A stretch of DNA of 64,000 nt from the NCBI GenBank assembly GCA_964016885.1, contig OZ024745.1, positions 31,558,001 through 31,622,000 on the forward strand, given 5' to 3'. The notes beneath the pieces were generated by a model. The model had not been told where the DNA came from. It made no database searches and saw only the letters and a program-made list of their open reading frames with translations. Shown one piece after another: positions 49,883-63,666 of this stretch (position 1 is the stretch's first letter; each line of letters begins with the position of its first letter). Both the position numbers and the translations under genes were made by a program. The stretch comes from Eledone cirrhosa. Its lineage: Eukaryota.

Positions 49883-50498
49883 ATTCACAGCTTTTAAATA
49901 ATGCAGAATATGAGAAATAGTATAAATATTAGCAGAACAGCGTTTAATATACGTTCTTGGTAAATAAGATTTGCACAGGAAGTGGCAGATTGTTAGCTAG
50001 CTCTAAGGAGCTGAGGCGACTGCAGTTCCTGTAGAAGAGACAGAGTGAGGAGATAGTATATCTGTGAACCAGAAGTAGCATTGATTATGTGGGTGGGATG
50101 AAAAGTTCATAGCTGACTATGAAGGAGTGATGCTAGAGCTGTGAAATCGTGCATAATAATTTTACATAACGGTGGTGGTGGTGGTGGGGTTTATGTCCTG
50201 ATTCAGAATGGCTTCAATCTTTTGAAGAGCTATCTATACCTCAAAACTGAAGAATTATGAGGGCCGGCTGAAAAGCTTAAAGACTGACTATGAAAAGTGA
50301 TGCTAGTGCTGTGAAATCTTGCATGCATTAATTTCAACTCTTCTTATTAATAACTGCATTGCTTCTTTCCAGGTAAACTGACATCTAACTGTTCAAAGAA
50401 GACTCGTATATAAGGATTAGAAAGTTCAATGGGATAGAGATGGTGAAAGCTGAATAAATGTTGGATTTGAAACTGAGAAAGAAGGCAAGCATGTTTAA

Positions 50499-50680
50499 CC
50501 CTTTAGTATTTAAACTGGCCATATCCGGCAAACCTGCCAAAACTTGCCACTCATACTGATGTTAAGGTATTGTTCTCAAAATAAATAATACCAAAATCTC
50601 ATAGATTTGATATTATGTGAGATAAAGCCTCTACTGCAAAAATACGATGGTAAATATAGAGTAATGTAAATACTAAAGGG
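50499..50680. mobile_element. piggyBac-like MITE
   Basis: Perfect 14-bp TIRs ccctttagtattta / taaatactaaaggg with TTAA on both sides. Confidence 0.85.
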
Positions 50681-51777
50681 TTAAATACTCTTTAGAAAGA
50701 TGTTGGTACACAGATTATTCAATTTTAGGCTGACTACGAAGAGTGATGCTAGCGCTGTGAAATCTTGATGCATTAATTTCAACTCTTCTTATTAATAAGG
50801 ACTAGTTCCAAGGACTATGTTGAAAAATATACCTCATTTGGTCATTCCATGAGAGTATCATGGTCAGCCTATGAACTTTTCATCTGATCCTCATATTAAT
50901 ATCTTTCATGCTCTAGCGGTAAAACATATGTGTATGTGCACATGCATAAAGGTTTGAGGGAATGATACACAAGAGATATTTTTGGGGGATTTTATTGCCT
51001 AGAGTTACAACTGCATGGTTGCACATTATGCATAAAAAATGGCAGCTTGTAACAAAAATTAGTCTTCTATCTAAGAAAGAAACCGATATTAACTTATTGC
51101 GAAGTCAGCCGACCCTTGTACAGATATTCATATTTTATACACTCATTTTTCAAGTACTCATTTTTTTCTTTTAATTATTCCATATTGTATCACAGTAAAA
51201 TGTATTAATCACTCTCTCATCAGGGATAATATTATACAAAGTCTTTAATTTTTTTAATTATAGAAACATGTTTTCACCCCACTACTAAGCCAGATGCTTA
51301 TGTATATGTTCTTTTATAGTTAAAATGGCTGAGGTACCTTCAACAAAAAATACCTTGCCTTTTTTTGTAGTGCAGCCCATCTAACTTATGTTCCAGCTTT
51401 TTATTAAAGAAGTTCATCATTGTACAAACTCAGTCCATATCCTTAATTATTTTCATATCATCATTACCGTTTAATGTCTATTTCCATACTGACCATGAAC
51501 TACTTGTATGCTCCATTTTTGGCTTGGTTTCTACGGCTGGATGTCCTTCCTAACATCAACCAATTTACAGTGTGTACTTCGAAGATTTTATGACACCGGC
51601 ACTACTACCTTACAATGTGAACTGGGTGCTTTTCCTCACAGCACCAGCACTATCACTTTATCAAATAGGATAGGTGCATTTTTATTGTGACACTGGGCAG
51701 GAGTTGATAGGAATGGGAGTGGGTGTAATACCACTACGGTAGAGGAAGCATCATGTCATTGAAAATAATTTGAAACC

Positions 51778-54700
51778 CATAGGCAGTGTCTCTCATCAGA
51801 AATACGGTAATGAAAGGATTAATAACATGGGCAGTGTCTCTCATTAGAAATATGGTAATGAAAGGATTAATAACATGGGCAGTGTCTCTCATTAGAAATA
51901 TGGTAATGAAAGGATTAATAACATGGGCAGTGTCTCTCATTAGAAATATGGTAATGAAAGGATTAATAACATGGGCAGTGTCTCTCATTAGAAATATGGT
52001 AATGAAAGGATTAATAACATGGGCAGTGTCTCTCATTAGAAATATGGTAATGAAAGGATTAATAACATGGGCAGTGTCTCTCATTAGAAATATGGTAATG
52101 AAAGGATTAATAACATGGGCAGTGTCTCTCATCAGAAATACGGTAATGAAAGGATTAATAACATGGGCAGTGTCTTTCATCAGAAATATGGTAATGAAAG
52201 GGTTAATAACATGGGCAGTGTCTTTCATTAGAAATACGGTAATGAAAGAGTTAAAAACAAACAGTGTCTTTCATTAGAAATATGGTAATGAAAGAGTTAA
52301 AGACATAGACAGTGTCTTTCATCAGAAATACGGTAATGAAAGGGTTAATGTGATAGGCAGTGTCTTTCATTAGAAATACAGCAATGAAAGAGTTAAAAAC
52401 AGACAGTGTCTTTCATTAGAAATATGGTAATGAAAGGGTTAAAGACATAGACAGTGTCTTTCATTAGAAATATGGTAATGAAAGAGTTAATGACATAGGC
52501 AGTGTCTTTCATTAGAAATACGGTAATGAAAGAGTTAAAGACAGACAGTGTCTTTCATTAGAAATACGGTAATGAAAGAGTTAAAGACATAGACAGTGTC
52601 TTTCATTAGAAATACGGAAATGAAAGAGTTAATGACATAGGCAGTGTCTTTCATTAGAAATACGGTAATGAAAGAGTTAATGACATAGGCAGTGTCTTTC
52701 ATTAGAAATACGGAAATGAAAGAGTTAATGACATAGGCAGTGTCTTTCATTAGAAATACGGTAATGAAAGAGTTAAAGACATAGGCAGTGTCTTTCATTA
52801 GAAATATGGTAATGAAAGAGTTAATGACATAGGCAGTGTCTTTCATTAGAAATACGGTAATGAAAGAGTTAAAGACATAGACAGTGTCTTTCATTAGAAA
52901 TACGGAAATGAAAGAGTTAATGACATAGGCAGTGTCTTTCATTAGAAATACGGTAATGAAAGAGTTAATGACATAGACAGTGTCTTTCATTAGAAATACG
53001 GAAATGAAAGAGTTAATGACATAGGCAGTGTCTTTCATTAGAAATACGGTAATGAAAGAGTTAATGACATAGACAGTGTCTTTCATTAGAAATACGGAAA
53101 TGAAAGAGTTAATGACATAGGCAGTGTCTTTCATTAGAAATACGGTAATGAAAGAGTTAATGACATAGGCAGTGTCTTTCATTAGAAATACGGTAATGAA
53201 AGAGTTAAAGACATAGGCAGTGTCTTTCATTAGAAATACGGAAATGAAAGAGTTAAAGACATAGACAGTGTCTTTCATTAGAAATACGGAAATGAAAGAG
53301 TTAATGACATAGGCAGTGTCTTTCATTAGAAATACGGTAATGAAAGAGTTAATGACATAGGCAGTGTCTTTCATTAGAAATACGGTAATGAAAGAGTTAA
53401 TGACATAGACAGTGTCTTTCATTAGAAATACGGTAATGAAAGAGTTAAAGACATAGACAGTGTCTTTCATTAGAAATACGGAAATGAAAGAGTTAATGAC
53501 ATAGGCAGTGTCTTTCATTAGAAATACGGTAATGAAAGAGTTAAAGACATAGACAGTGTCTTTCATTAGAAATACGGAAATGAAAGAGTTAATGACATAG
53601 GCAGTGTCTTTCATTAGAAATACGGTAATGAAAGAGTTAAAGACATAGACAGTGTCTTTCATTAGAAATACGGAAATGAAAGAGTTAATGACATAGACAG
53701 TGTCTTTCATTAGAAATACGGTAATGAAAGAGTTAAAGACATAGACAGTGTCTTTCATTAGAAATACGGAAATGAAAGAGTTAATGACATAGGCAGTGTC
53801 TTTCATTAGAAATACGGTAATGAAAGAGTTAATGACATAGGCAGTGTCTTTCATTAGAAATACGGTAATGAAAGAGTTAAAGACATAGGCAATGTCTTTC
53901 ATTAGAAATACGGAAATGAAAGAGTTAAAGACATAGACAGTGTCTTTCATTAGAAATACGGAAATGAAAGAGTTAATGACATAGACAGTGTCTTTCATTA
54001 GAAATACGGAAATGAAAGAGTTAATGACATAGGCAGTGTCTTTCATTAGAAATACGGTAATGAAAGAGTTAAAGACATAGACAGTGTCTTTCATTAGAAA
54101 TACGGTAATGAAAGAGTTAAAGACATAGACAGTGTCTTTCATTAGAAATACGGTAATGAAAGAGTTAAAGACATAGACAATGTCTTTCATTAGAAATACG
54201 GTAATGAAAGAGTTAATGACATAGGCAGTGTCTTTCATTAGAAATACGGAAATGAAAGAGTTAAGGACATAGACAATGTCTTTCATTAGAAATACGGTAA
54301 TGAAAGAGTTAAAGACATAGACAGTGTCTTTCATTAGAAATACGGAAATGAAAGAGTTAATGACATAGACAGTGTCTTTCATTAGAAATATGGTAATGAA
54401 AGAGTTAAAGACATAGACAGTGTCTTTCATTAGAAATACGGTAATGAAAGAGTTAAAGACATAGACAGTGTCTTTCATTAGAAATACGGAAATGAAAGAG
54501 TTAATGACATAGGCAGTGTCTTTCATTAGAAATACGGAAATGAAAAAGTTAAAGACATAGGCAGTGTCTTTCATTAGAAATACGGAAATGAAAAAGTTAA
54601 AGACATAGACAGTGTCTTTCATTAGAAATACGGAAATGAAAAAGTTAAAGACATAGGCAGTGTCTTTCATTAGAAATACGGTAATGAAAGAGTTAAAGAC

Positions 54701-56367
54701 ATAGACAGTGTCTTTCATTAGAAATACGGTAATGAAAGAGTTAAAGACATAGACAGTGTCTTTCATTAGAAATACGGTAATGAAAGAGTTAAAGACATAG
54801 ACAATGTCTTTCATTAGAAATACGGTAATGAAAGAGTTAATGACATAGGCAGTGTCTTTCATTAGAAATACGGAAATGAAAGAGTTAAGGACATAGACAA
54901 TGTCTTTCATTAGAAATACGGTAATGAAAGAGTTAAAGACATAGACAGTGTCTTTCATTAGAAATACGGAAATGAAAGAGTTAATGACATAGACAGTGTC
55001 TTTCATTAGAAATATGGTAATGAAAGAGTTAAAGACATAGACAGTGTCTTTCATTAGAAATACGGTAATGAAAGAGTTAAAGACATAGACAGTGTCTTTC
55101 ATTAGAAATACGGAAATTAAAGAGTTAATGACATAGGCAGTGTCTTTCATTAGAAATACGGAAATGAAAAAGTTAAAGACATAGGCAGTGTCTTTCATTA
55201 GAAATACGGAAATGAAAAAGTTAAAGACATAGACAGTGTCTTTCATTAGAAATACGGAAATGAAAAAGTTAAAGACATAGGCAGTGTCTTTCATTAGAAA
55301 TACGGTAATGAAAGAGTTAAAGACATAGACAGTGTCTTTCATTAGAAATACGGTACTGAAAAAGTTAATGACATAGGCAGTGCCTTTCATTAGAAATACG
55401 GTAATGAAAGAGTTAAAGACATAGACAGTGTCTTTCATTAGAAATATGGTAATGAAAGAGTTAAAGACATAGGCAGTGTCTTTCATTAGAAATACGGTAA
55501 TGAAAGAGTTAAAGACATAGACAGTGTCTTTCATTAGAAATACGGAAATGAAAAAGTTAAAGACATAGGCAGTGTCTTTCATTAGAAATACGGTAATGAA
55601 AGAGTTAAAGACATAGACAGTGTCTTTCATTAGAAATACGGTAATGAAAGAGTTAAAGACATAGACAGTGTCTTTCATTAGAAATACGGTAATGAAAGAG
55701 TTAAAGACATAGACAGTGTCTTTCATTAGAAATACGGTAATGAAAGAGTTAAAGACATAGACAGTGTCTTTCATTAGAAATACGGTAATGAAAGAGTTAA
55801 TGACATAGGCAGTGTCTTTCATTAGAAATACGGTAATGAAAGAGTTAAAGACATAGACAGTGTCTTTCATTAGAAATACGGTAATGAAAGAGTTAAAGAC
55901 ATAGACAATGTCTTTCATTAGAAATACGGTAATGAAAGAGTTAATGACATAGGCAGTGTCTTTCATTAGAAATACGGTAATGAAAGAGTTAATGACATAG
56001 GCAGTGCCTTTCATTAGAAATATGGTAATGAAAGAGTTAATGACATAGGCAGTGTCTTTCATTAGAAATACGGTAATGAAAGAGTTAATGACATAGGCAG
56101 TGCCTTTCATTAGAAATATGGTAATGAAAGAGTTAATGACATAGGCAGTGTCTTTCATTAGAAATACGGTAATGAAAGAGTTAATGACATAGGCAGTGTC
56201 TTTCATTAGAAATACGGTAATGAAAGAGTTAATGACATAGGCAGTGTCTTTCATTAGAAATACGGTAATGAAAGAGTTAATGACATAGGCAGTGTCTTTC
56301 ATTAGAAATATGGTAATGAAAGAGTTAATGACATAGGCAGTGTCTTTCATTAGAAATATGGTAATGA
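51778..56367. repeat. 48-bp satellite array, about 95 monomers
   Basis: Consensus cataggcagtgtctttcattagaaatacggtaatgaaagagttaa(t/a)ga; exact 48-bp period over most of the array. Confidence 0.98.
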
Positions 56368-56577
56368 CACTCACAAATTATGACAATATCTGTTTCAACA
56401 CATGATTTCACATCACAAATCTTGCAAAACAAATACAAAAACGAAATTCTTTTAAATACTTTTTGTAGAAAAGCAGATTATGTTTAGCTTTGACCATTTG
56501 AAAGTCATTAGTGGGTTTGTATTGTAATAGACAATGTTTATTTTTATTTAGTTTATTTTTGGTTGTGGTGAGTGTTA

Positions 56578-56932
56578 TCACCACCGCCAATGTCGTTACC
56601 ACCATCACTGTGGCCACCACCAATCTCCTCATTATTATCATTATCATCATTGTCATTATCAACAGCAGTGGTAGTAGCAGCAGCAGAACCACCACTGCCA
56701 CCAGCACTACTCCCACCATCACCATCAGCACTACTCCTACCATTACCATCACCACCAGCACTACTCTCACCATCACCACCAGCACTACTCCTACCACCAC
56801 CAACACTACTCCCACCATCACCATCAGCACTACTCCTACCATCACCACCAGCACTACTCCTACCACCACCAGCACTACTCCCACCACCATCACCACTACC
56901 AGCATTACTCCCACCACCACAATCACCACTAC
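56578..56932. repeat. (CAC/CAT) microsatellite with cagcactactc subrepeats
   Basis: Visible directly. Confidence 0.9.
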
Positions 56933-58436
56933 CATTTTATCGTGGCACATGCATTAGAGAGGTTGAGTTGTCCTTGATACAATTGAAAAGTTCTTTCTAC
57001 CCCTTTGGCGTAATTTCTATGGGTGGATGCCTTTCTAATCCCAACTGCTTTATGTAGAAAATTTGATGAAGAAATTCATGAAAGCCATCCTGATGTTAAC
57101 ATTTCTCAACAATCATAAAAATTCACTACTCAACAGAAAGCAAAAAAACAACAAAAACCCTCTCACAAGCAGGAAATCCTATTACATCTTCAAATTTTGT
57201 AAAAAAAAATGTTCGTTATTTCCTATTATGCTTTAGTTGGCTCCATTTATCAGACTTAGTAAATGCTAAATGTCAGTATCAGTAAAAACATTAACCCATT
57301 CGTTACCATACTGTCTATAAGAGGGTGTTGTAGTTTGCTTGAAGCTGTGTAAAGTATAGAAAATAGTGTTTTGTTTAAAAGCTACTATAATATGAATTGT
57401 ATGGTAAATGTTAAAAATATGATAACAATGATGTTGGGGGTGTTACCTTGTAGTTCCTTATAGGTCCTTTATATTTCAGGATGAAATCCCTTCATCAAAA
57501 GATTAAGAGAAGAAACTAGTTCTGAGCTGTATATTTTTTGGCATTCTTAAACCACCAATTTTTGAAATTTGAAAGTGGTCGGTTCTATTTTCTTCAACAC
57601 TGGAAATGGTGAATGGATCACATGGAATGTGATCTAAGCTGTTTTGATCTAAGTTATATTGTATCATTTTTTAAATGGAATGAAGTGTGCTACTGAGTAT
57701 GCCTATGTTAACCATTGGGTGCTGAGTTCTAGTTTATTGTTGATTTACGATTTCAGTCTAGTTATTATTATTGATTTTTTAACTCTGAAATTGCTGGTAT
57801 TCCTTTCTCTGGCTTTGATAGTAACTGTTATATCTTTATTTATGTTTTTGAACTTATGTGTTTCTTGAAGGAGGATACAATTTTAGCGCTACTTCAAAAA
57901 CTGTGATTCTTATCAGTTATGTCTGAAACTGTTAAACTAATTCAACATCACCTTACCAACCCTACAACTTCTGTAGCAGATGAAAGATGCTTCACAACCT
58001 TTTAAGATGGTCAATGACCGTCGGATGGCTGTCGTCAGTGGCTCGTATTTGAATCAAAGAACAGATATTCATCGATTTAGAATAATAAAAAGAATTACAG
58101 AAGATATGAGAACATTTGCTATAAAACTGAATCACATGAAATTTATGTTTAAATGAAGCAAGTATTTTTTACTTATAAAAACGTAAGCATATTCCATGTA
58201 ATATTCCATGAATAAACATATTCCATGTAATTGCATTGCTGATTTTATGAAAGAAAAAAAATTTACTGAAGAATTTCATTGAACATTAATTAAGGAAAGA
58301 AATCTTATCTTCTATTAATCCCCACTAAATCATGGCTAGCTCACTGTGGTTTTTGTTTGTTAAATAGATGTAAATATACTATAGGTGGCATACCTACAGT
58401 TTTGTGCATTTATCTGTCTTTGCTTCACAATTTTCT

Positions 58437-58845
58437 TAATAATTGTTTCTACTTTTGGCACAAGGCCAGCAATTACTGGTACTTTATTTTATCGACACCG
58501 TAAGGATGAAAGGCAAAGTTAACCTCGGCGGGATTTGAACTCAGACCACAAAGGGATGTAACTATGCTGGAAAGCATGGCGTCCGACCCTCTACCGATAC
58601 TGCCAATCCACCGCCCTTTTTCTTAATAATGGTTTCTGATTTAGGTACAAGGCCAACACATTTGGGGGAGGGGAAAGTCGATTAAATTGACCCCAGTGCA
58701 TTACTGGGGCTTTATTTTATCAATTCCGTAAAGATGAAAGGCAAAGCTAACCTTTGTGGGATTTGAACTCAGCATGTAAAGGGATGTAACTCTATGCCAT
58801 AAAGTGTGTTGTCCAACGCTCTGCTGATACTGTCAGTTGACCTAC
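58437..58845 (-). mobile_element. two tandem tRNA-derived SINEs (short and long variant)
   Basis: Full copies; flanking ttttcttaataat repeated three times. Confidence 0.92.
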
Positions 58846-59146
58846 CAATTTTCTTAATAATGCATGTTTTTTAATGGAATTTTACAAAAAATATATGTAG
58901 ATTATGATTATGTTGAAATCAATATTTTCAATAAACTATTTAGCTGTCAAGGTGACCTTATGTTGCTGTTGTTATTATGCTCTATAGGTCATATAAGATA
59001 GCCAATAGATTCAAAATATCTAAACCAAACATTAAAAGACAGCAGGTTTAAAAACAGATGAGATAAGATATCCAGCTCCCAAGTCCTGAAGTGGGTGATT
59101 CATTTTTAGAAATTTGAGTGATAAAATCAAATAATTTTAAATGTTA

Positions 59147-59247
59147 GCCGAGGTTGACTTTGCCTTTCATCCTTACGGGGTCGATAAAATAAAGTACCAG
59201 CAATGCACTGGGTAATTGCTGGCCTTGTGCCTAAAGTAGAAACAATT
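59147..59247 (+). mobile_element. 5'-truncated SINE
   Basis: 3' half of the main SINE family. Confidence 0.9.
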
Positions 59248-59326
59248 AAATATGGCACTCTTAATTGTAGACATTTTGTTAAACATTGTGCTAAGTCCAA
59301 GAAACATTGACGAGCTAGAGTCACAA

Positions 59327-59384
<58 letters not shown>

Positions 59385-59385
59385 C

Positions 59386-60543
59386 ATGTAGGAAGGAAAA
59401 TAGGGCACAGGTCCCTTCTGGGAAATGGCCATGCTCAGTGTGTAGGAAAGGAGTAGACAGAAATTCCATTTTATGTCCCAAATGCAAAGTATAGGTGCAT
59501 AAAAGATATAGTGGGATCACAGGTAAGCTATCTAAGAATGTAGATTTTATATGTGGCCGATGCTCATGTGCAATAAGTAACAAATGCCCACAGGATACTA
59601 GCTCCTTCTATTGTCCAGATGGCTCTATAGAAATAATAGACACCTTCCGTTACCTGGGTGACAAAATCAGCAGTGGTCGAGGGTACTCTGAAAGTATAGT
59701 AGCCAGAATCAGGGCGGGATGGAAAAAGTTCAGAGAGCTTATACCACTATTGGCCGCTAAAGGTTTCTTTCTAAAAATGAAAGGCAGACTGTATGATGCC
59801 TGCATACGAACAGCAATGCTACATGGCAGTGAGACATGGGCATTGCGCGCAGAGGACCTACGCAGACTGGAAAGGAACGGAGCATGCATGCTCCGTTGGA
59901 TGTGTAATAGTAATATACATGAACAGCAAAGCATAAACGAACTAAGTGAGAAATTAGGAATAAGAGGAATCAGATGCTGTTTACTTGAGAGAAGACTATG
60001 TTGGTATGGTCACGTGATGCGCATGAAAGACGGCAGCTGTATAAAAAAGTGCAGGGTGATCAGAAAAACCTAGGACGATTTGATAAATTCCGACGTCACA
60101 CACCTACACCTCTCTAAGACAATATCACTGGACTGAGATCTTTGGCGCTATGCAGTAATACAGAAGACCCACCTTGCCTAAGTACAAAGCGAAACCTACA
60201 GTCAGTAGGCACCTCTTAATCAAATATACACCTCCATCCTACTACCTCAACTTCACCCTCCCCATCAACACCACCCTTTTCTCTGTAAAGTTATGTTGGT
60301 ACCAAAACATCCAGTCCTAAATAAATGAGGTCGTGTAGGTGTCACGACAAAAAAACACAGTCCACGCTGTAATGTGGGTGTGTAGGTAACACGGTAAAAA
60401 CCTCCCAGTCCACACTGTAAACTTGGTTGGTGTTAGGAAGGGCATCCAGAGACGACCAATCTTGCCTCAAGTGGCATAATTCCCGTCTAAACCCATGCTA
60501 GCGTGGAAGATAGACGTTAAACGATGATGATGATGATGATGAT
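59386..60543 (+). mobile_element. 5'-truncated RTE LINE, same family as 24310-27865
   Basis: Highly similar to 26618-27860, ends in (GAT)n. Confidence 0.95.
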
Positions 60544-60614
60544 CATTATTTAATATAGAAATGAGTTCATATGAATAAAACAGTTCTAGTCCTGTAGAAG
60601 TAATTTCTATATTA

Positions 60615-60797
60615 AATAATTGTTTCTACTTTTGGTACAAGGCCAGCAATTACACAGTGCATTACTGGTATATTTTTTTATCGACCCCGTAAGGATGAAA
60701 GGCAAAGTTAACCTCGGCGGGATTTGAACTCAGAAAAGCAAGGGCCATAACTTTATGCGTCAAAGCATGGCGTCCGACTCTCTACCAACACTGCCAA
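60615..60797 (-). mobile_element. tRNA-derived SINE inserted in a PLE-type fragment
   Basis: Flanks 60575-60615 and 60812-60855 match 61683-61770. Confidence 0.85.
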
Positions 60798-60896
60798 AAT
60801 AATGATGCTAACACTCTACTGTTGTATTGAGTACCTTTTTTAACAGTGGTTACCATACTGATATTATTCAAGATCTATATATACATACATTCATGT

Positions 60897-60934
<38 letters not shown>

Positions 60935-60994
60935 TCAAAATTCTAAGAAAGGCAAAGATATGAAATTATCATTTATTCATACATTTCTGCGAAC

Positions 60995-61040
<46 letters not shown>

Positions 61041-61142
61041 CCAATATATATGTATGTAAAAGGTAAACAGAAATAACAACACAATAGGTACAGTATATGG
61101 AACGGATATATTAAATTAACGCTTGATACAGCAGGCAGAGGG

Positions 61143-61178
61143 TCTTAACGTTTCAGACGCTAGTCCTTCATCAGAAGA
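61143..61178 (-). ncRNA. minimal hammerhead-like motif
   Basis: ucuu-CUGAUGA-a-ggac uagc gucu-GAAA-CG-UU-aaga, within a segment bounded by about 100-bp direct repeats (61045-61148, 61505-61609). Confidence 0.55.
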
Positions 61179-61793
61179 AAGAATGAGAAATAAAATAGAT
61201 TGAGGGGACGGGCGGGTTGGAATTGGAAGAAAAGATTTGAGATTGGGCATATTGAAGGTACTAGGGTGGGAGTGAAAAATAGACGGGTGAGAAGAAGAAG
61301 AAGGTGTAAGAAGATTGTAGTAGAGGAAAAGTAGTAGAGAGTCGTGGAATATTTAAATGCAAGAAGCAAAGAAAATTTCAATGATACAAAAGATTTCCTG
61401 GTGGAAGTTCAGGTGTACTCCGGGTTGGTATCTAGTTTCGGGGTGAAAATCCAATTAGAAAATCCAACAAATTTTGAGAGGTCCACGTAAGCGTTGATAT
61501 ATATATATATATGTATGTAAAAGATAAACAGAAATAACAACACAATCGGTACAGTATATGGAAGGGATATATTAGGTTAACGCTTGATATAGCAGGAAGA
61601 GGGTCTTAAGAAATGGCTTCTACAGGACTAGAACTGCTTCATTCGGGAGAGATCCCTGCTTTCCTGATGATTCCTTCCGAATGAAACAGTTCTAGTCCTG
61701 TAGAAGCCATTTTTATATTAAATATTTATACTCTGCTATGTATTGAATACTTTACTTACTGTGGTTACCCCCGATTGAACCCGGAATAAACAC

Positions 61794-61880
<87 letters not shown>

Positions 61881-62395
61881 AAGAGAGGGGGCACTCAGTG
61901 TGATAATCACTTCCAATAACCAACAAGTTATCCAGTATTAGTGGTATTACTCAATGGGACTCCTTGCCAAGTGTCACAACACAATGCCTAACTTTCTAAC
62001 AACACACCAACTATCATAATTACGTCAAATATTTGGTTTGTCTGTTCTTTTTTGCTTTATCTTATATTATAAAAATAATTTATATTTTTATATGTTTATC
62101 TCTTTATGGGTCCTTACAACCCATCCAACCATTCACATCGTTCCAAAATATAATTAGATAATCGATAACATTGTTACTAACAAATAACTAATGTAAATCA
62201 GAGAAATGAAAACCATTTATAAATTTATCCACCATGTTTTTATTTATACGTAATAACGTATGCATGTTGTGTAGAGACTGTAATCCTAATGTACAAAGTC
62301 TTAATCTCGTTAACATTTTCTCTGCGTTTCGGTTTACACCATAGTTCAAAGTGGAGAAGTCTAAATGTTTTGAAATTGTTCATTTGTGTGTGTGA

Positions 62396-62468
<73 letters not shown>

Positions 62469-62525
62469 AGGTTTGCATGCATACGATAATTATAGGACAC
62501 AGGGGCTCATGTAAAAAAACAGAAA

Positions 62526-62577
<52 letters not shown>

Positions 62578-62647
62578 AACACACACATATGTATATACAT
62601 ATCTATACATATACTCATGCAAGCGTGGAAGAACAGACGTAAAAACG

Positions 62648-62698
<51 letters not shown>

Positions 62699-62723
62699 AT
62701 GCTTTGGGAGGGTCATGTTGCCA

Positions 62724-63432
62724 ATAAGAAACACACGCACCAGTTGCTTTCACTCCAATTTATTATAAATTAAATTTATAAATTTAAGAATTTATAAATT
62801 TCCGTTGGTTGGTTCCATAACCGGACAGTTGTTCATATATTGTCAAAGTTCTTTCGTCACACATTTTGTGACCTCTTCAGTGACTGGGGATTCTTTTCTT
62901 TGTTTTTGTGCCTCTCCTTTGTTCTGTCCTACGCCATCTTGTTGTTGTGTGTGTTGCGTGCTTAGTTTGCGCATGTGTTACATCCGCAATGTTTAGACAA
63001 ATCACAGAGGCAATAAACATAAATGAACTCCAACCCAAATTAAATAGAAAACATGAATGGAATAGCAACATCACAACTTACAATTAAGGACAAAATGAAA
63101 ACACATACACACATAGAACAAACAACCAACCAGTAACATGTAAATAAACAAATAGATAAACAAATATAAACACACACAGACACCCGGATGTAACACATGC
63201 GCAAACTAAGCAAGCAACACACACAAAAACAAGATGGCGTAGGACAGAACAAAGGAGAAGCACAAAAACAAAGAAAAGAATCCCAGTCACTGAAGAGGTC
63301 ACAGAATGTGTGACGAAAGAACTTTGACAATATATGAACCAACCAACCAACCGGAAATTTATAAATTCTTAAATTTATAAATTTAATTTATAATAAATTG
63401 GAGTGAAAGCAACTGGTGCGTGTGTTTCTTAT
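62724..63432. mobile_element. PLE-type pseudo-LTR inverted pair (arms 62724-62986 and 63185-63432)
   Basis: About 250-bp near-perfect inverted repeat beside (TA)n, each arm with a hammerhead motif. Confidence 0.8.
63286..63328 (+). ncRNA. minimal type-I hammerhead ribozyme (mirror copy at 62842-62884, minus)
   Basis: guca-CUGAAGA-g-gucaca gaaug ugugac-GAAA-gaac-UU-ugac. Confidence 0.7.
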
Positions 63433-63666
63433 ACTCAATACTCAATACTTAGGGTAGTAGAGTGGGTAATAGCAAAAGAGTCAGGACCTCTACGGCTGAG
63501 CTCCGGCCGTTTCAACAGCTAGATCCGAACATATTTTATGGCTTTTACAAGAAAATTCCAGTGAAATACCTTGTAATGTTTTGGGTATGCCAATGGAGTG
63601 GACTTCTATCAACATCCTCCTAATTACAGCAGCATATAAAAAACAAAAAAATATTACAACTTGGCA

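Noticed and set aside
51778-56367. CRISPR-like array
   Set aside because: Monomers are contiguous with no unique spacers, there are no cas genes, and the context is eukaryotic.
52535-56374. 1279-aa ORF of 16-aa repeats
   Set aside because: By-product of a stop-free 48-bp satellite monomer that derives from a MITE end; no unique N- or C-terminal domain.
57960-58155. Short non-repetitive open frame with retained CpGs
   Set aside because: No recognisable homology or consistent splice sites; needs RNA-seq.
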